A stretch of 64,000 nt of DNA from Phoronis australis (taxonomy: Eukaryota; Animalia; Phoronida). Both the position numbers and the translations under genes were made by a program. This document shows, piece after piece, positions 1-13,011 of this stretch. Location of the stretch: assembly GCA_002633005.1 (NCBI GenBank), contig NMRA01000403.1:26860-90859 (forward strand), in the 5' to 3' direction. The notes beneath the pieces are model-generated. The model was not told where the DNA came from and did not search any database. It saw only the letters and a program-made list of their open reading frames with translations. The stretch's first letter is position 1. The number at the start of each line of letters is the position of its first letter.

Positions 1-233
1 CTGAAAACATGCGATTTTTGAGACGGCTAATATGCCCAATTGTGCCAATTTGTGTTATCATGCTCCAGCGGCGAAATTAGGGGTCATTGAGTGCACAAAA
101 TTTGGCATTTGGGTTTATGTTAGGATACCTACCCATGTACAAAAAATGAAGTTGTTTCAAATTTTGACGTATAGACTAATTTTTGAAAATCTACTGGTTT
201 TTATATGGACTGTCTCTTAATACTTAAATAGTT

Positions 234-483
234 TTTATATGCGCTAACTGTGAAGCGATACCGAAGCTAGTTTACAGTGAAACAACACGTATAGTTGAGA
301 TAAAAGGTCATATATATTATGACAAACTAAACTACTACAGATATCATTAATTACAAAAGTAATATAACATGTTGAACTGTAAAGGTGGGTGACAATCTGC
401 CACAGATGCAGCAGAAGGATGCATCCGTCTGTTGTTTCACTGTAAACTAGCTTCGGTATCGCTTCGCAGTTAGCGCATATAAA
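234..483. mobile_element. MITE with ~50-bp near-perfect terminal inverted repeats
   Basis: Left TATATGCGCTAACTGTGAAGCGATACCGAAGCTAGTTTACAGTGAAACAACA is the reverse complement (about one mismatch) of TGTTGTTTCACTGTAAACTAGCTTCGGTATCGCTTCGCAGTTAGCGCATATA at ~430-481; the interior is non-coding. Confidence 0.8.
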
Positions 484-2811
484 CAAAATTAACCGACTGG
501 CGACTTCCGCGAAGTCGACATCGGCCAGTACCTCATTAACAGGTACCGTATCAGTATTGTAAACATGGAATAATCGTGAAAATAATCAGGTTTGTATAAG
601 GTCATGCTTACTTCCTCTTATAGACGCGCACTTTTCATGCAATCTCAGATTCAGTGGGCACGGCTGCAAGCCATGTCACCATGTATTTAAAGGACTTGCG
701 AAATCGAGGCTGCTTAATCTATCACCAATAGTACAACCTGTACACGCGCGCCCTCTAGTTATTGTAAATTTTCCGAACAGTCTCATTTTCACTGTTGTCT
801 GTCAGAAATTTGCTGAAATAAAGGCCGTTAACCTCACAAGTAAAATGTAAATAAAATACTATGCCATTTTCCAAATGAAAATTTCCTCTGACTTTAGAGC
901 ATTAGAATGCGATTGCGGAAGTTGTAAATTCAATTCTGCGCCAGGGGTGATCTCAGCAAATCGTCTTTCTTTCCGAGAATGTCCCTTTAAGGCCTGCCTC
1001 AGATTGCGACACGTGCAAATTTGATTTTTGAATCGTTTTTGCAGCATAACTCAAATAATTATAGCTGTTTCACAAAGAAAAATCTGATAATTGCAACGGT
1101 TAGTCTCTGTTGACCCATGTATATCGCGAACCAATTACGAAACGTGTCCGATTTGTTAGGGTGACAACTCTTTAGCCAAGAATTGTAACAGTAAATAGCA
1201 GCGAGTTGGACGTGGTCGTACTTGGCCAAATGTACACGACCTACGTCACCGCGAAGAAATCCACGAGCACGCTGCACGGTAAGCCGTACAATTTAGTTGG
1301 CCTTGTTGCGAGTCGATTTCTACATTTACAGCTAGTAACTTCCTTTTTCATGGTTTGGAACTCCCAATAATCATCAGTTTGGTTGGTCAAAAAAGTATAA
1401 GTCACGTAGGTAACATGCGTTCACCCAAGGGGGAGCTAGGATGAGTCCCCAATTGGTGAAAAGGGCAAAAAGACCCTCCTCAGGTGAAAAAAAACTCCGA
1501 GAAAGGTTATCCCTAACTTCATTTGTCATTCTTTGCAGCATTTCACACCTGCCGTGTTCCACTGTGTATGTCTCCAGCTTTTGCTCTGTGATAGCATTAC
1601 TACGTCATTTTATTTCCACTTGAGAATGAAACAAGTTTGTTTCAAAATGTCGTGTATCTTTTGATCGTGTCTGTTGGTCAGTTATTACATCAATGTTCCG
1701 TTGAGTGCACAGTTTTATTCTGAACACATGCACGAAACGGAATAAAGACTATCAACAACGAAAAGTGTCGTTTGTTTAATCAATTCTGCACATGTATGTA
1801 ATGTATATGTAGATGTATATGCATAAAACGTATTATACATGTATATGCCTCTGTCTATTAAAATGGGAGTTTTTTGCTTAAGGGGCGCAAAACAAATTAA
1901 TATTTAAGAAAATCCTAACAGTGCTTTTGAGATCTCATCTTGATCATTTACATCAAATACATTTGAATCTTGTTACTGATACAGTTATTCTGCTATCAAT
2001 GTATTTGTATTTGTCTACATTTTAATAAAAAGACATGATCATGTGACCCAAATAATGACAGATTGCAGGAAAGTCAGAGATCAAATTCTTCACGCTTTTT
2101 ACTTTCAGTTAGTATATTCTATTACTTAATTAAATTACAATTTTGTAGGTATGTGGCTAAATACGCAGACTTTTCAATAAGATTCCGAAATAACTTCTCA
2201 CCCCTTGATGCACTGTGAAAATTAAAACCACGTTCCCCTACTTCAGATCTTGCTTTAAATGCTTGTGATAAATATGCATAAACATCAGCCATGGCAGCCC
2301 TTCATCAGATTTTAAAAATTACTGTGCTTTGATAAAGCCATCAGTGTGCACTTTACTTAATGCATTTTGTTGTGTGCAATTTTAAAGAAGTAATTGGCAG
2401 GTTCAGTTATATTAGCTGTCATAGCAGTGGGTTTGCAAACTGCGAGATGCTACAGGTTGTCTGCTTTTAGTAACAGATTAATGCAAATCAGCTTTTATGT
2501 GGTGAAAGCAGCTATTTTGCATGTATGAGTACGCAATGCTCTATAGGTCATTGTTTTGCGCGCGTAAGCCTATGAATGCATGTAAACAAGGTGGAAAATG
2601 ACATAACAAACACAGGTCGAAACACTTAGAGGGACCACTGACTATTGCATTGCACTTGCCGTTCGTGTTCTTCTTGATGATACCCAGGTTAGAAGCAGAA
2701 CTAGTCGGGTTAGTGTAAAATTGTGAAGTCTGCAGAAAATATGCTCATCGATTCCTAGTGTTGACGCTCGTTTTCATACAGGTGGCTGTTGTGTATATGC
2801 GAGTTTGTGAA

Positions 2812-2968
2812 TATACACAAAACGAACCGATAGTGGAGTACATGAAGTACTATCCCACGAGACATTATTCCACGTATCGCCCTAGACCGAAGGTCAAGAT
2901 CGATACGAGAAATAATGTCTAGTGGGATATTACTTCATGTACGCCAATCGAGGTACGTTTTGTATTTA
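2812..2968. repeat. Imperfect palindromic (hairpin) element
   Basis: Arms GTACATGAAGTACTATCCCACGAGACATTATT..CGTATCG and CGATACG..AATAATGTCTAGTGGGATATTACTTCATGTAC surround a GACCGAAGGTC centre. Confidence 0.7.
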
Positions 2969-3626
2969 TCCCTAACGCTTCGAATTCCTAAGTTTCTTTC
3001 ATTTTTTTCCGCATTTTTTTTAATACTTCACTCTGACTGTTCACGTGGCGGATCACATCCTTTATGTATGTACTTCGCGTTAGGTTGCAAGTTTTCTCTA
3101 ATAAAAGAAACAGTTCTAAATTTAACGATTTGTTACTTGAAAAGAGATAACAAAGATGGAAACAAGGGTAACTTTGCACTGAACTTGTAAAATCTCCTGA
3201 AAAAAGTTAAATACCAACGTTTGATATTGGCAAAGAATAGGTGCTTGAGTTGCAGACGATATAATGCATAGAAAATTGAAAACTGAGACAGAACTGTCAT
3301 ATAATTAATATTCCTGTTACAGATGTTACGATTGCATGTTGAGTGGTATCTAAACTACTACAATTGTATTACTTTAAGCTATTTTCCGAAAGTGTGATGA
3401 TCTACATGTAACCGGCTAACGACGTCGAGCCGACATTGACCTACCTTTTTAACCTTCAATCTCAGAGGTCACTGTTGAAGTAGTGCGGGAGATGAATACG
3501 GAATACATTTATTACATGGCCGTATTTCTCTCGACAGATTCAACGCGTATGTGAAAAATATACGGTGATAAATGCCTGCTTTACTCATTGGCAGATAACA
3601 GCATTGGTGGCGTCTGACCCATCATC

Positions 3627-3911
3627 ATGTTTGAACGTGACTTATTGTTTCTCTTTTTTCTACAAGTGTGTTTTCAATTTAATTCCATTGTGACTCGAGA
3701 GATAAGCAGATTTCACACGGAGAAGACATCAGCATCAACGTGCCCGGGCAATGTAACCGTCACAGCATCTTCTCTGATCGAATGTTCTCATGTCTGTTCA
3801 GTGGATCGCACTTGTGTGGCCTTCCTGTATGTCAGTAGAAAGATTTGCTCAACTTGCAATATTGTAGAAAAGACAGTTCCAAAGAACGGCGAAAATATTT
3901 TCGGGTGGCGG
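3627..3911 (+). CDS. Exon 1 of secreted PAN/Apple + fibrinogen-related domain (FReD) protein: signal peptide and PAN domain
   Basis: ATG then hydrophobic MFERDLLFLFFLQVCFQF; PAN-type pattern SLIECSHVCSVDRTCVAFLY...C; strong phase-0 donor CGG|GTGAGT at 3911/3912. Confidence 0.8.
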
Positions 3912-4605
3912 GTGAGTACGTCCAGAATCTGAGTTCATGACACAAGTACTGCCAATATTAAACTTTCACGCACATGCCACTTGCAAAATGGGTTTATCTA
4001 ACGCGCATTCTGGTTTTCATAATCCACTAGATCTAATTTCCATAGAAATGAAAATGTTCGTTTATGGCACTGATTCTTACTTCAGACATTTTTGCAAAAA
4101 AAAAACAGCTGCACGTATCACAGTAAATATTGAAAGTAGTCTCAAGTGTGTCTTGTTTGTTTTCCATGACCCTTCCAAAATAAATATATAAACATAATTA
4201 GCCATCCTGATAACACTGAGGCAGCCACATTAGTATGGTAGATAATTGGCATAACGCTCAGATTTTAAGCATTTTAGTACGATCTTCATTGGCCTGTGTG
4301 TTGGCGATAAGACTGAGTGAATTGTTGTCTTGGGATTAATAATGGTTTAATAAATGCTACGAGGATTAAAAATGGATCCAGCAATTTATAATTTTAACAT
4401 GCAGTTAAGTCACAAAGAAATGCTTAACTCTTTCTGTACGTTCAAACAACCTACAGGAAACAAATATTCCAGAGGCAATAGTTTTCAACAGATTTTCTAG
4501 ATGGTTTCCAATACGGCGACGAAGAAGACTACGTGCAACAAAATTTCGCGTGTTGAATGATAAAATCGTTAAGTACATGGCGTGAGGATTTAAACAATTT
4601 AGGCT

Positions 4606-4635
4606 ACACACACGCGGACACACTCACACACATAT

Positions 4636-4698
<63 letters not shown>

Positions 4699-4725
4699 CA
4701 CATATACATACTTTACATATATACA

Positions 4726-4756
<31 letters not shown>

Positions 4757-4770
4757 ACGTGTGTATATGT
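4606..4770. repeat. Compound microsatellite: (CA)n followed by (TG)n
   Basis: Directly visible; followed by a GA-rich tract to ~4822. Confidence 0.95.
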
Positions 4771-5126
4771 ACAGAGAGAGAGGGGGAGAGGGGGAGAGGG
4801 GGTAGGAAGAGAGGGAGAGAGAGCTATAGATATACATATATGTACGTAAATAGGTATATAGGTATATTGATATATCATAAGAATGCAATGGGATAGTCTT
4901 CTGATCCGCGACTAAAAACATTTATTTGCAATCGTAAATTACTTTTCTTGGTCATAGTTTGCAAGAAAAACGACCACGCCTTAACATTGTTAAGATCAAA
5001 CCTACTTACCCATTCCATAAGAAAAGAAGTAGGCGAGAGTAAACGAGGGGTAGTGTTGCCTATTGATAAACACTACGACATTTTTCTTGGCTTTGTGTTG
5101 TTTTTATATTACACGATTTTTTGTAG

Positions 5127-5151
5127 GAATTCCAAGACTGTTCCGCTCCAG
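5127..5151 (+). CDS. Exon 2 (25-nt microexon, EFQDCSAP-G) of the PAN-FReD gene
   Basis: Polypyrimidine acceptor TTTTTTGTAG| and donor CAG|GTAGGC; phase 0 in and phase 1 out, exactly bridging exons 1 and 3; encodes the DC motif that starts FReD domains. Confidence 0.75.
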
Positions 5152-5198
5152 GTAGGCATGCATGTTTACTAACGCTACTTAATTCGTAATTTGTTGTA

Positions 5199-8100
5199 TG
5201 GTAAGGTGGGGCAAGACGCCCAGTGCAGGTAAAACGCCTACTGAATTTAAAATAAAACAAAGCCGCTCTCACGGCGTCCTTTTGAGTGGAAATCCAGTGC
5301 CACCTAGAGTAACTTTGGATGGGACACCGAAGTAGACACTTGAAACAAATTTGATTTTTCAGGATACTTTTGAACTTCTCAATTACGATTTTGGCTCGTC
5401 TGTACGCTCCTGTTAACAAGGTTTCATTCGTGTCTGCTTTGGCCATTCATTTTACAACGCCTACGGTAGGGTTTTTTCTCCCGATTAGGCGTTTTGTCCC
5501 TTACACAAACTCCGGTACATTTCACATTATTTTTTTTTTCAATTAAAAGATTTTTTGATGTTCAAAATTAAAACGATCGATGCATTCAAATAATTGTTTT
5601 GATTTTGCTAAATGGTCAGCGCGTATAAGAAAAAACCAACAGAGGCAGTTACGAAGATAATGCTTTAAGAAAAGCTTTGCAAGAAGTTATTGTTAACTGT
5701 GAGTAAGCGGTACATGTACGGTGTTCCGTCAGGACGACGCGAAGACACAGATACATCTTTCACTATTCCAGGACAACTCAAGCATGGCCGCCACGTTCCA
5801 GTTTTACCGGAACATGTGGAGAATGAACGATGTAGCTATAGCTACATCATCAAATGGAGAGGTCTCTGTGGCGCTCGACCACTTTTGACATGAGGCGTTT
5901 GGTGTTTGATTTTGCTCAAAAAGCGGGAATCACTCACCTATTTAACGAGAGCAACCCAGTGGCTGGCAAAGACTGGCTGTTAGGGTTTATGAAACACCAC
6001 CCAGAATTAAGTCTTAGAGAGCCACAAGAAGTTAGTGTGTCCAGGATGTCTTAACAGAACAGAGGTGGACAAGTTTTTCTCAGCGTACAAGGAATTACCT
6101 GACAGTCACAAAATCGATCCAGTAATTATCTGGAATATGGACGAAACAGGCATAACCAGTGTCCAAAAACCCTGCAAGGTTGTTGCCACGAAGGGAGCAC
6201 GTCAAGTTGGAAAACTAACAAGGGGCGAAGTAGCCTCTTTGGTTACTGTCATATGTGCGATAAACGCTGTTGGAGTGTTTTTGTTCCCAGTATTTGTTTT
6301 ACAGCGGAAGCTAACGCTTTCTCACATGATGTCAGGTTCTCCCCCTATGTCAATTGATTACGCTTCACCAATTAAGTGGTTGGTCTGATTCTGGCCTATG
6401 TTGGAGTGTTTTTGCTCCCAATGGTTTTACAACGGAAGCTAACGCTTTCTCACATGATGTTAGGTTCTCCCCCATGTCAAATGATTACGCTTCACCAATT
6501 AAGTGGTTGGTCTGATTCTGGCCTGAAATGGCATTTTGTGGCAATATCAAGGTTAGCGACATCAAATGACCACGTCCTTCTGTTAGATTGTCACCAAAGC
6601 CACAAATCATTACATTAGAAGCCATGGATTATGCATGAGCAAACGGTATATATCTATTGACTTTCCCACCCCACAGCACACATAAACTGCAGCTAGTGGA
6701 CAAGTCCTATTTTAATTCGCTCAAAAGCGATACAACAACGTTACTGATAACTGGATGGTCTCCAGTCGCGATCAAAAAGTCACCATTTATCAAATGCCTG
6801 AATTATTTGGCAAGGCTCACGTGCGTACTGCAACACCACTGCGGGTGATTAATGGTTTCGATCGTGCGATTATGGTCTTATGACCATGAGGTGTTCACAG
6901 CCGACCAGTTTGTGTGTGAGCAAGATGGAATTATCTTGACACGACAGTAACCCAATCTGAAGGTAATTGCACCAGCAATCAGCATGTTTTAGCTGTTGAC
7001 GTCGAAATTCAATATACTGATCAGGATGCCATCCCTGATCAACCCATGGGAGAAAGATTGCAAACCGATGGAGATGTAAATGAGGACTTCAGTTTCACTA
7101 CAGCTCCTGAATGTGGTGAAGAGTTGATTGGAGACAGTCCACCAAGCGCAGAGTGTCATCTGCCAGATGATGTCAGGGGAAAAATGTGGCATGTGCTACA
7201 GTCAGAAAATCTACTAATGTTGACAATGACCTTGCTCTACCAGCCAGAAAACCAAACTACCGAGTGAAGTGTACAAAAATCCTCGGTGAAGCCCGTTGCT
7301 TTTTTCGGAGCATTGTTGTAACAATGGACGAAAAACGGATGCGGTTCGTTGTCAGTCTGTCCAGTACATGTGTAGAAATATCCACGGATATAACGACATC
7401 GAGCAGAGCACGCTCATTGGTGACATGCCCTAGTATGTAAGATACTTATCGATTGAGCAGCGTATTCCAGCAGCGTCTCTTTCATCAACCATCCCGGGGG
7501 AGTTCGAGATCATTGCTACAAGTCATGTCTTAAACAGACCAATTTAAGTAATGAACAATGCGCGTGGTCTTACACAGCACTATGGAGACGAGCATGACAG
7601 CAGTGTATCTGTTATGTTTCGCAGCTTTGTAGAAGATGTAGGACACTAGGATGCTTTGGTGTACGATGACTCCTCGAATTGAAAATAATGGGGCTCGCGA
7701 AATTGAGGGTCTAGAAGCCGCCAAAATTGACGCTTTGGTGTACAATGAATTCTCTGCTCCTCGATCTATAATCGACAGAACTCGCGAGATTCAGCGCCAA
7801 GAAGCCGCCGAAATCATCCGAAGTTTTTCATGCCATCCAAGGAATACTATCGTTTCCCAAAAAGCTAGTACGTCCGAGTCATCAGCAGTTCTGACCTCGT
7901 CTCCCTGCAAGAAACAACAAGCGGCGAAACGAAAGAAACGTTTAATGAATCGAAAGTTAAAGAATCCCCCGCAACAAAAACGTAGTGGATAAAGAGCTAC
8001 TACAGCCGCTGATGCCAACGAAATTTAGTGCCAGTACATAACATGCAGCGATTTATATTCCAACAGTGCTTCTGGGAAAATGTGTGGTGGACACAGCGTC

Positions 8101-8786
8101 AAATTTTGTTCTGATTGGGCCCATATAGCTAGTATGCCAGGTTCGAAATCATGTGTATGCCCGACCTGTGACTGGTCATATTGAAAAGTTTGTTTGTACT
8201 GGTTTCTCATTGGAATTTGGATTTGTAGCTAATTAAGGAAACACGTTAGATTGCATTCAATGGTTTATTTACGAGCTCTCGAAATGTTGACATTTTTGGA
8301 CTGGACCCATGAGTTTTGTATACTAACATGTCAATATTTTACATCGAAAAATCGATTTAGACCGACAGCGTAGAAAATCGTAGTTATGACATCTTAGTGA
8401 AACAGGCCCAGGTTTGGTATCATCTGTATTTTCGATCTGTGACTTATTAAATTAAAAAAATGGAAACAGTTATCATGTATGATATTATTAATATATTCTA
8501 CATTTGATAGTTATTGTAGTATTGGCATCTAAAACTTAGTTTTACCTAATTACACCTGTGAGGTAAGACGCTCACCCAATGCGTGTTTTGCCTCAGCCCT
8601 TGGGCAACACCTCCGTTTTCAAAACTATTTCCAAAATTGGATGCACCAAAACAGGGATCTCCACTTCCCCGAAATTTTACACACCAGTAGTATGGGTTCA
8701 TGTGTATGTTTTGAAGTTCCTAGAATTCTTGGCTTGGAAATAACGAAGCAAGGTTCTTAAGGTAAGTGCGCTGCCTCACCTTACCA
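5199..8786 (+). mobile_element. Full-length decayed pogo-like (Tc1/mariner superfamily, DDE_1) DNA transposon
   Basis: TIRs TGGTAAGGTGGGGCAAGACGC / rc TGGTAAGGTGAGGCAGCGC flanked by TA on both sides; frameshifted transposase with CENPB-type HTH (AGKDWLLGFMKHHPELSLR), IWNMDETG, LLLDCHQSH, PPHSTHKLQLVD and a Cys-rich PHD-like C-terminus (~8030-8180). Confidence 0.9.
6268..6525 (+). repeat. ~130-bp tandem duplication inside the transposase
   Basis: TGTTGGAGTGTTTTTG...GGTCTGATTCTGGCCT occurs twice head to tail. Confidence 0.9.
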
Positions 8787-10009
8787 TAATAGTCTTTGAA
8801 AACTTTAAAATCAGTTAATGAAACCTTGAAAGATGCTCCTTTTTCAAAATAAGGAGGTTATTATTTTCTAAAAGAATTGTTTACGTAAACAGGGTTGTGA
8901 CTCCTATGGATATGACACCCCCAAGCATTGTCGATTTAATCGGGCAAAGAAAAACGTTGGGCAATAATGTTATAAATTTGCATAATTTAACAAAAAATGG
9001 TACTCCTGAACTTCTGTACGTTTGTAATGAATTTGCCTTATCTTTGAAAACAATTTCTTGGAGACAACGTGCCCTGTGAAGACATTGTGGCCTAGTTATA
9101 GCTGGAGCTACACTTTTCCATCTAGTGATCAGTGCTTAAGGCTCTTAAGGAAAGTCCTCTTCCTACATGACTTGCCGTCCTCCATTCGAGTTAAAACTTC
9201 ATTTCAAAGGGAACGGTATTTTATTCCGAATAAATTTTGGAGAGTTTTCTATAAGTTGTTGATTAATTTTACAAATACGTCAACATCAAAAAGTAAACTT
9301 ATATATTCTCTAGCGAATCTCAAAAAATACCCGCTTGGAACTCTGCTGTTCGTGACGTATTTGATGGGGAAAAAGTCTCCAGGGGTAGCTTGAACAATGT
9401 ATCAAAATGTCCCAGGGTTGATCAAGTTTTGTAAGGCCAAAACAATAAAATACAGAGCGATAATTGATGCTGGGTTCTCAGCGTTTTACGTGAACAACCT
9501 CATTGAAAACGTCTGTGCATATCAAAGTTGGGTGCAAAACTTATAACAATTTATTTCAAATGAAACTGAATTAATAAACAATGCAATCCATTTTTATGTC
9601 ATCTAGAGTAACTGTACGCACTGTAGTTGACTTGTGAGGTCGTACTTCGTGTATTTCCGTCTAACCGAAACGGTCACGACTTTAGGGCCTCATTCAAAAT
9701 GGCCGCCGATATCAGCGACCGTTTCAAAACTCTGCTTACGGAGACAAACAAGGATTAAGATTGTCAAAACACGTATATTTGTGAAGGCTGACATATGTCC
9801 ATGACATCACATGAGCAGTTGCTAACGGACATTGGGTAGTATGACAATCGGCACTTATTATGCTTATATTCACGACTTTAGGTCACCGGTGTATATATTG
9901 AGCTTCGTTAGACCCCGAAATTTCATGCAACCCATTGACTACCCGGGTACAGTTGACTTATCCTCGTCAACTCGTCGTAAAACTAAGGCTACATCGGCAA
10001 GTAAAGCGA

Positions 10010-10200
10010 AAGGACCAGCGGGGGTGCATGCAAAATCTGGTCGTCAACCGACACTCACCTTGTTCGATGCAGCCGTTTAAGTGGAAAACAATCGAATAAA
10101 CGTCATTTTCTAGCATAATTCGCCGGCTTTTGTTACAAAGAAGTGTGTCGTCAGTTTCAAAAACGGAACGCTCGTGACACGGCGCACGGCCCATTTTTTA
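10010..10200 (+). repeat. Dispersed repeat; inverted diverged copy at ~56150-56340
   Basis: GGGGTGCATGCAAAATCTGG..CAACCGACACTCACCTTG..GCAGCCGTTTAAGTG matches the reverse complement of 56270-56335. Confidence 0.75.
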
Positions 10201-10656
10201 AAACTTTGAGACGTCTTTCGGGAGATGATGACAGCTTCCCAAGCACCACGGTTTGTTCTTAAGTTCGGTTTGCTGGTATAAAAATACTAAAAACTGGTAA
10301 CGAAATGAAACAAGTTCCGATAATTTGTTGTGACATGTATGCAACCTATGTGCCGGCAGCGAAGAACGCTTGATAAAAGAATCGTGGGAAAAATCTCGTA
10401 AAAGTCAGATGACGTAATCGCAAAAAGCCCACTCTAGAGAACCCATAACAATTTTAGCAGCAGCCGATTAACGATCGCCGATTCTTCCAACGCCGGTAAA
10501 TAAGTTAGTTTACTTTTGGAACCTGGTTCCTTGGTTTACTCAAGGATGAGAGTAGTTTTAATGACACTGATTTTAAGTCAGATTTTATTTGTCCATTTTG
10601 TATACATTTATTAACAATGAGCACATGTACAATAACACAAAAACAAGAACAACATA

Positions 10657-10657
<1 letters not shown>

Positions 10658-10706
<49 letters not shown>

Positions 10707-10714
10707 CACACACA
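10658..10714. repeat. (CA)n microsatellite
   Basis: Directly visible. Confidence 0.95.
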
Positions 10715-11247
10715 CTCATACCCTACACCTAATCCTCTTGACTACTAAGAAAAACACCAAAATTACACCATCATTTGGCACAAATTCTGAATACAAATCC
10801 TTACGAGCACTATACTTTTCACTCACATAATATTGTTTGATGAAGTTAAAAAATCTAGTTATAAGTAATCTTTTTGATCCGAACTTTTGGTTATAAATAA
10901 ACTGTTCACCCAATAATAAATCAATCCTTTTAAAATTTTCCTTTTTATCAAAAAAGCCAAAAATAACATTGTTGCCACACCTTTACTATCAGCAGAGTAG
11001 TTTTGAGTCTCCAAGAAATTTCTCAAGCCCTGTACTTGTTTCTGGGGCTACGTACGCGACATGCGAGCCAAGATAAAGTAGGCCTATTCCAGCGATTCGC
11101 TAATGTGTGAACTTATACGTGCGCACCACTACAAAGCTGCACTTAAGAGAACAGCGACAGTCCTTAATGAAAGAGTGTACCCACTTGGCTCTGCGCACGG
11201 GTGCCAATGGCTTACATGTATTTGATAATGAACTTAATAGGCTCCTG

Positions 11248-11677
11248 TGCCTGGTTGCATGAAACAGTCCCACAAATTTACTCAACTTCGTTCCCTAAAA
11301 CCTAAGACGTAATTTTGGACTTGTGAAATCATCGATTGCCCTTTCTTGTATTGTTTTCGTTTCATTACTAAGTCATCTTTGACTTTGATGCAAATCGAGA
11401 GTGAACTCTTACATGTACGTTAAATTGTCATTATTATCGAAAATAATTAAGGATATTTTCATGCAACACCTCCAGTTTAAGAACTGAGTCCCTAACTCTG
11501 GGCTCAATTTTTAGTTATATTATTAGGAAGTGTCATTAATCAAAAAGGAGCTCATAATTAAGATGAAATGAAAGAAAAAAAATATTGCATATGTGAGTCC
11601 ATAAAGACACAAATATGCAAAAAGACTTAAAGACCTTAGTTTAATCCCTATTTGGGACTGTTTCACTCAACCGGCCA
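11248..11677. mobile_element. PIF/Harbinger-like MITE
   Basis: 24-bp TIRs TGCCTGGTTGCATGAAACAGTCCC / rc TGGCCGGTTGAGTGAAACAGTCCC with 3-bp CTG target duplication on both sides. Confidence 0.7.
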
Positions 11678-12715
11678 CTGGTGGTCATAGAAGACCCGGT
11701 GCTTTCCGATATTCCCCGGGACCGATGTAGCTCAGAGCTACGTAAACAGCGTCCCGGTGCGTTGCATTGTCGCACCATTTGGATCAACTGCAGAAAGAAT
11801 GATTTGCTCAGTTTCTTGTTTCACCACTTAGCCATTAGTGACACATATGTGGTGCATGAATCTACAACCATGTTGCTATACTGGCATCGATATTTGTTGG
11901 TCAGTGATACATGTACCAATCACATTGGCAGTGTCTAAAATAATTTTGACGACGAGCGAACCCTTTCTTGACAACAAACGCCGAGGGTGTCTAAGGTTAA
12001 TGGTGATGCCAAAGCGATAGCTGAGCATATCAACAAATACTTTTTGGGACAGACCTAGGCTGAAAAATACTCTAACAGCTTCATGTCTACCCAAATTGGA
12101 ATATTTTTAGTAAAAGAAAACAATGCCTATCGTGCGAGACCGATTTTATAACAGTGTTTTTGTTATTCAGCAAGCAAAACTAGTAGTACTACAGTTTTAC
12201 GAGAAAAGAGTATCTTTAAACCCATCCCATTATCATCAAACACGTAAATCTGTTGTAGCGTGATAAATATTACGTCCTGAATTTTCTTCAGATCATGTTA
12301 TCAGGACTGTTAACTGATGGAAGTACTCTCAATAAGTGGAAGTGGTTAACTAAAGTAAAACCGAAATAATACTGTCAAATAATTAACTTAAAAATAGTCC
12401 CCATCTCTCGAGCGGTGCGCTCTTTATCAAGGGCAAGAAGCAGGCTGTTAAATAGATTGCCATAAATGAAATAAACTTGTACCACAGGTGACAGCTTGGT
12501 TTTTTACTATTATTACTATTTTATATTCTCATCCGTTGGTAATTGCACGGCATCCCGGAAATATATTTTAAAAAACTTAGTGATATGCGTCATTTTTGAT
12601 CTGTCGTGAATTGAAATGTATCAGTGCAAAAAGTCTTTAATTAAACATGGAACATAGGTAATATTCTAAGCAAGAGTGGCTAAAAAGTTGAGAAGACTTG
12701 CATGTTTTTGTTTTT

Positions 12716-12925
12716 CTAAACAAGAGTCTTGACACAACAAATTTTCATTTTTGGAGTCAACCCAAGAGATAATAATAGGACACCAATTTCAAAACTTGAC
12801 GAGTCACGTTCCCAAACCACTGCATTTTGACAGATTCTTCCGTTCAGGCATTCTTCACACTTCCCTGTTTTGTCCGCAGAATACTTTGCAAAGATGTTTG
12901 ACAACATCATTGTGTAGGATCTCAA
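12716..12925 (-). pseudogene. Possible degenerate Mutator-like transposase C-terminal fragment
   Basis: IFAKYSAD..ECLNGRICQNAVVWER..FEIGV..LGLTP resembles the recalled CLxGxTQN..IW..EIGV..LGxxPG motif of invertebrate Mutator-like transposases. Confidence 0.35.
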
Positions 12926-13011
12926 AGCTCGTAATCAAATAGAAACGTGTCAATATAGTAGCTACGCTTTGATCAAAATGCTCATAATTTGTAATGTCTC
13001 TAATTTTTAAG

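Noticed and set aside
1648-1792. Possible solo LTR (TG...AATAAA...CA)
   Set aside because: No target-site duplication or second copy in the window
4557-4921. ORFs rich in HT/CV dipeptides (also 10505-10711)
   Set aside because: Translations of CA/TG microsatellites
11681-11760. IPRDRCSSELRK as the FReD N-terminal exon
   Set aside because: Poor acceptor, no suitable donor; the 5127-5151 microexon fits phase and motif exactly
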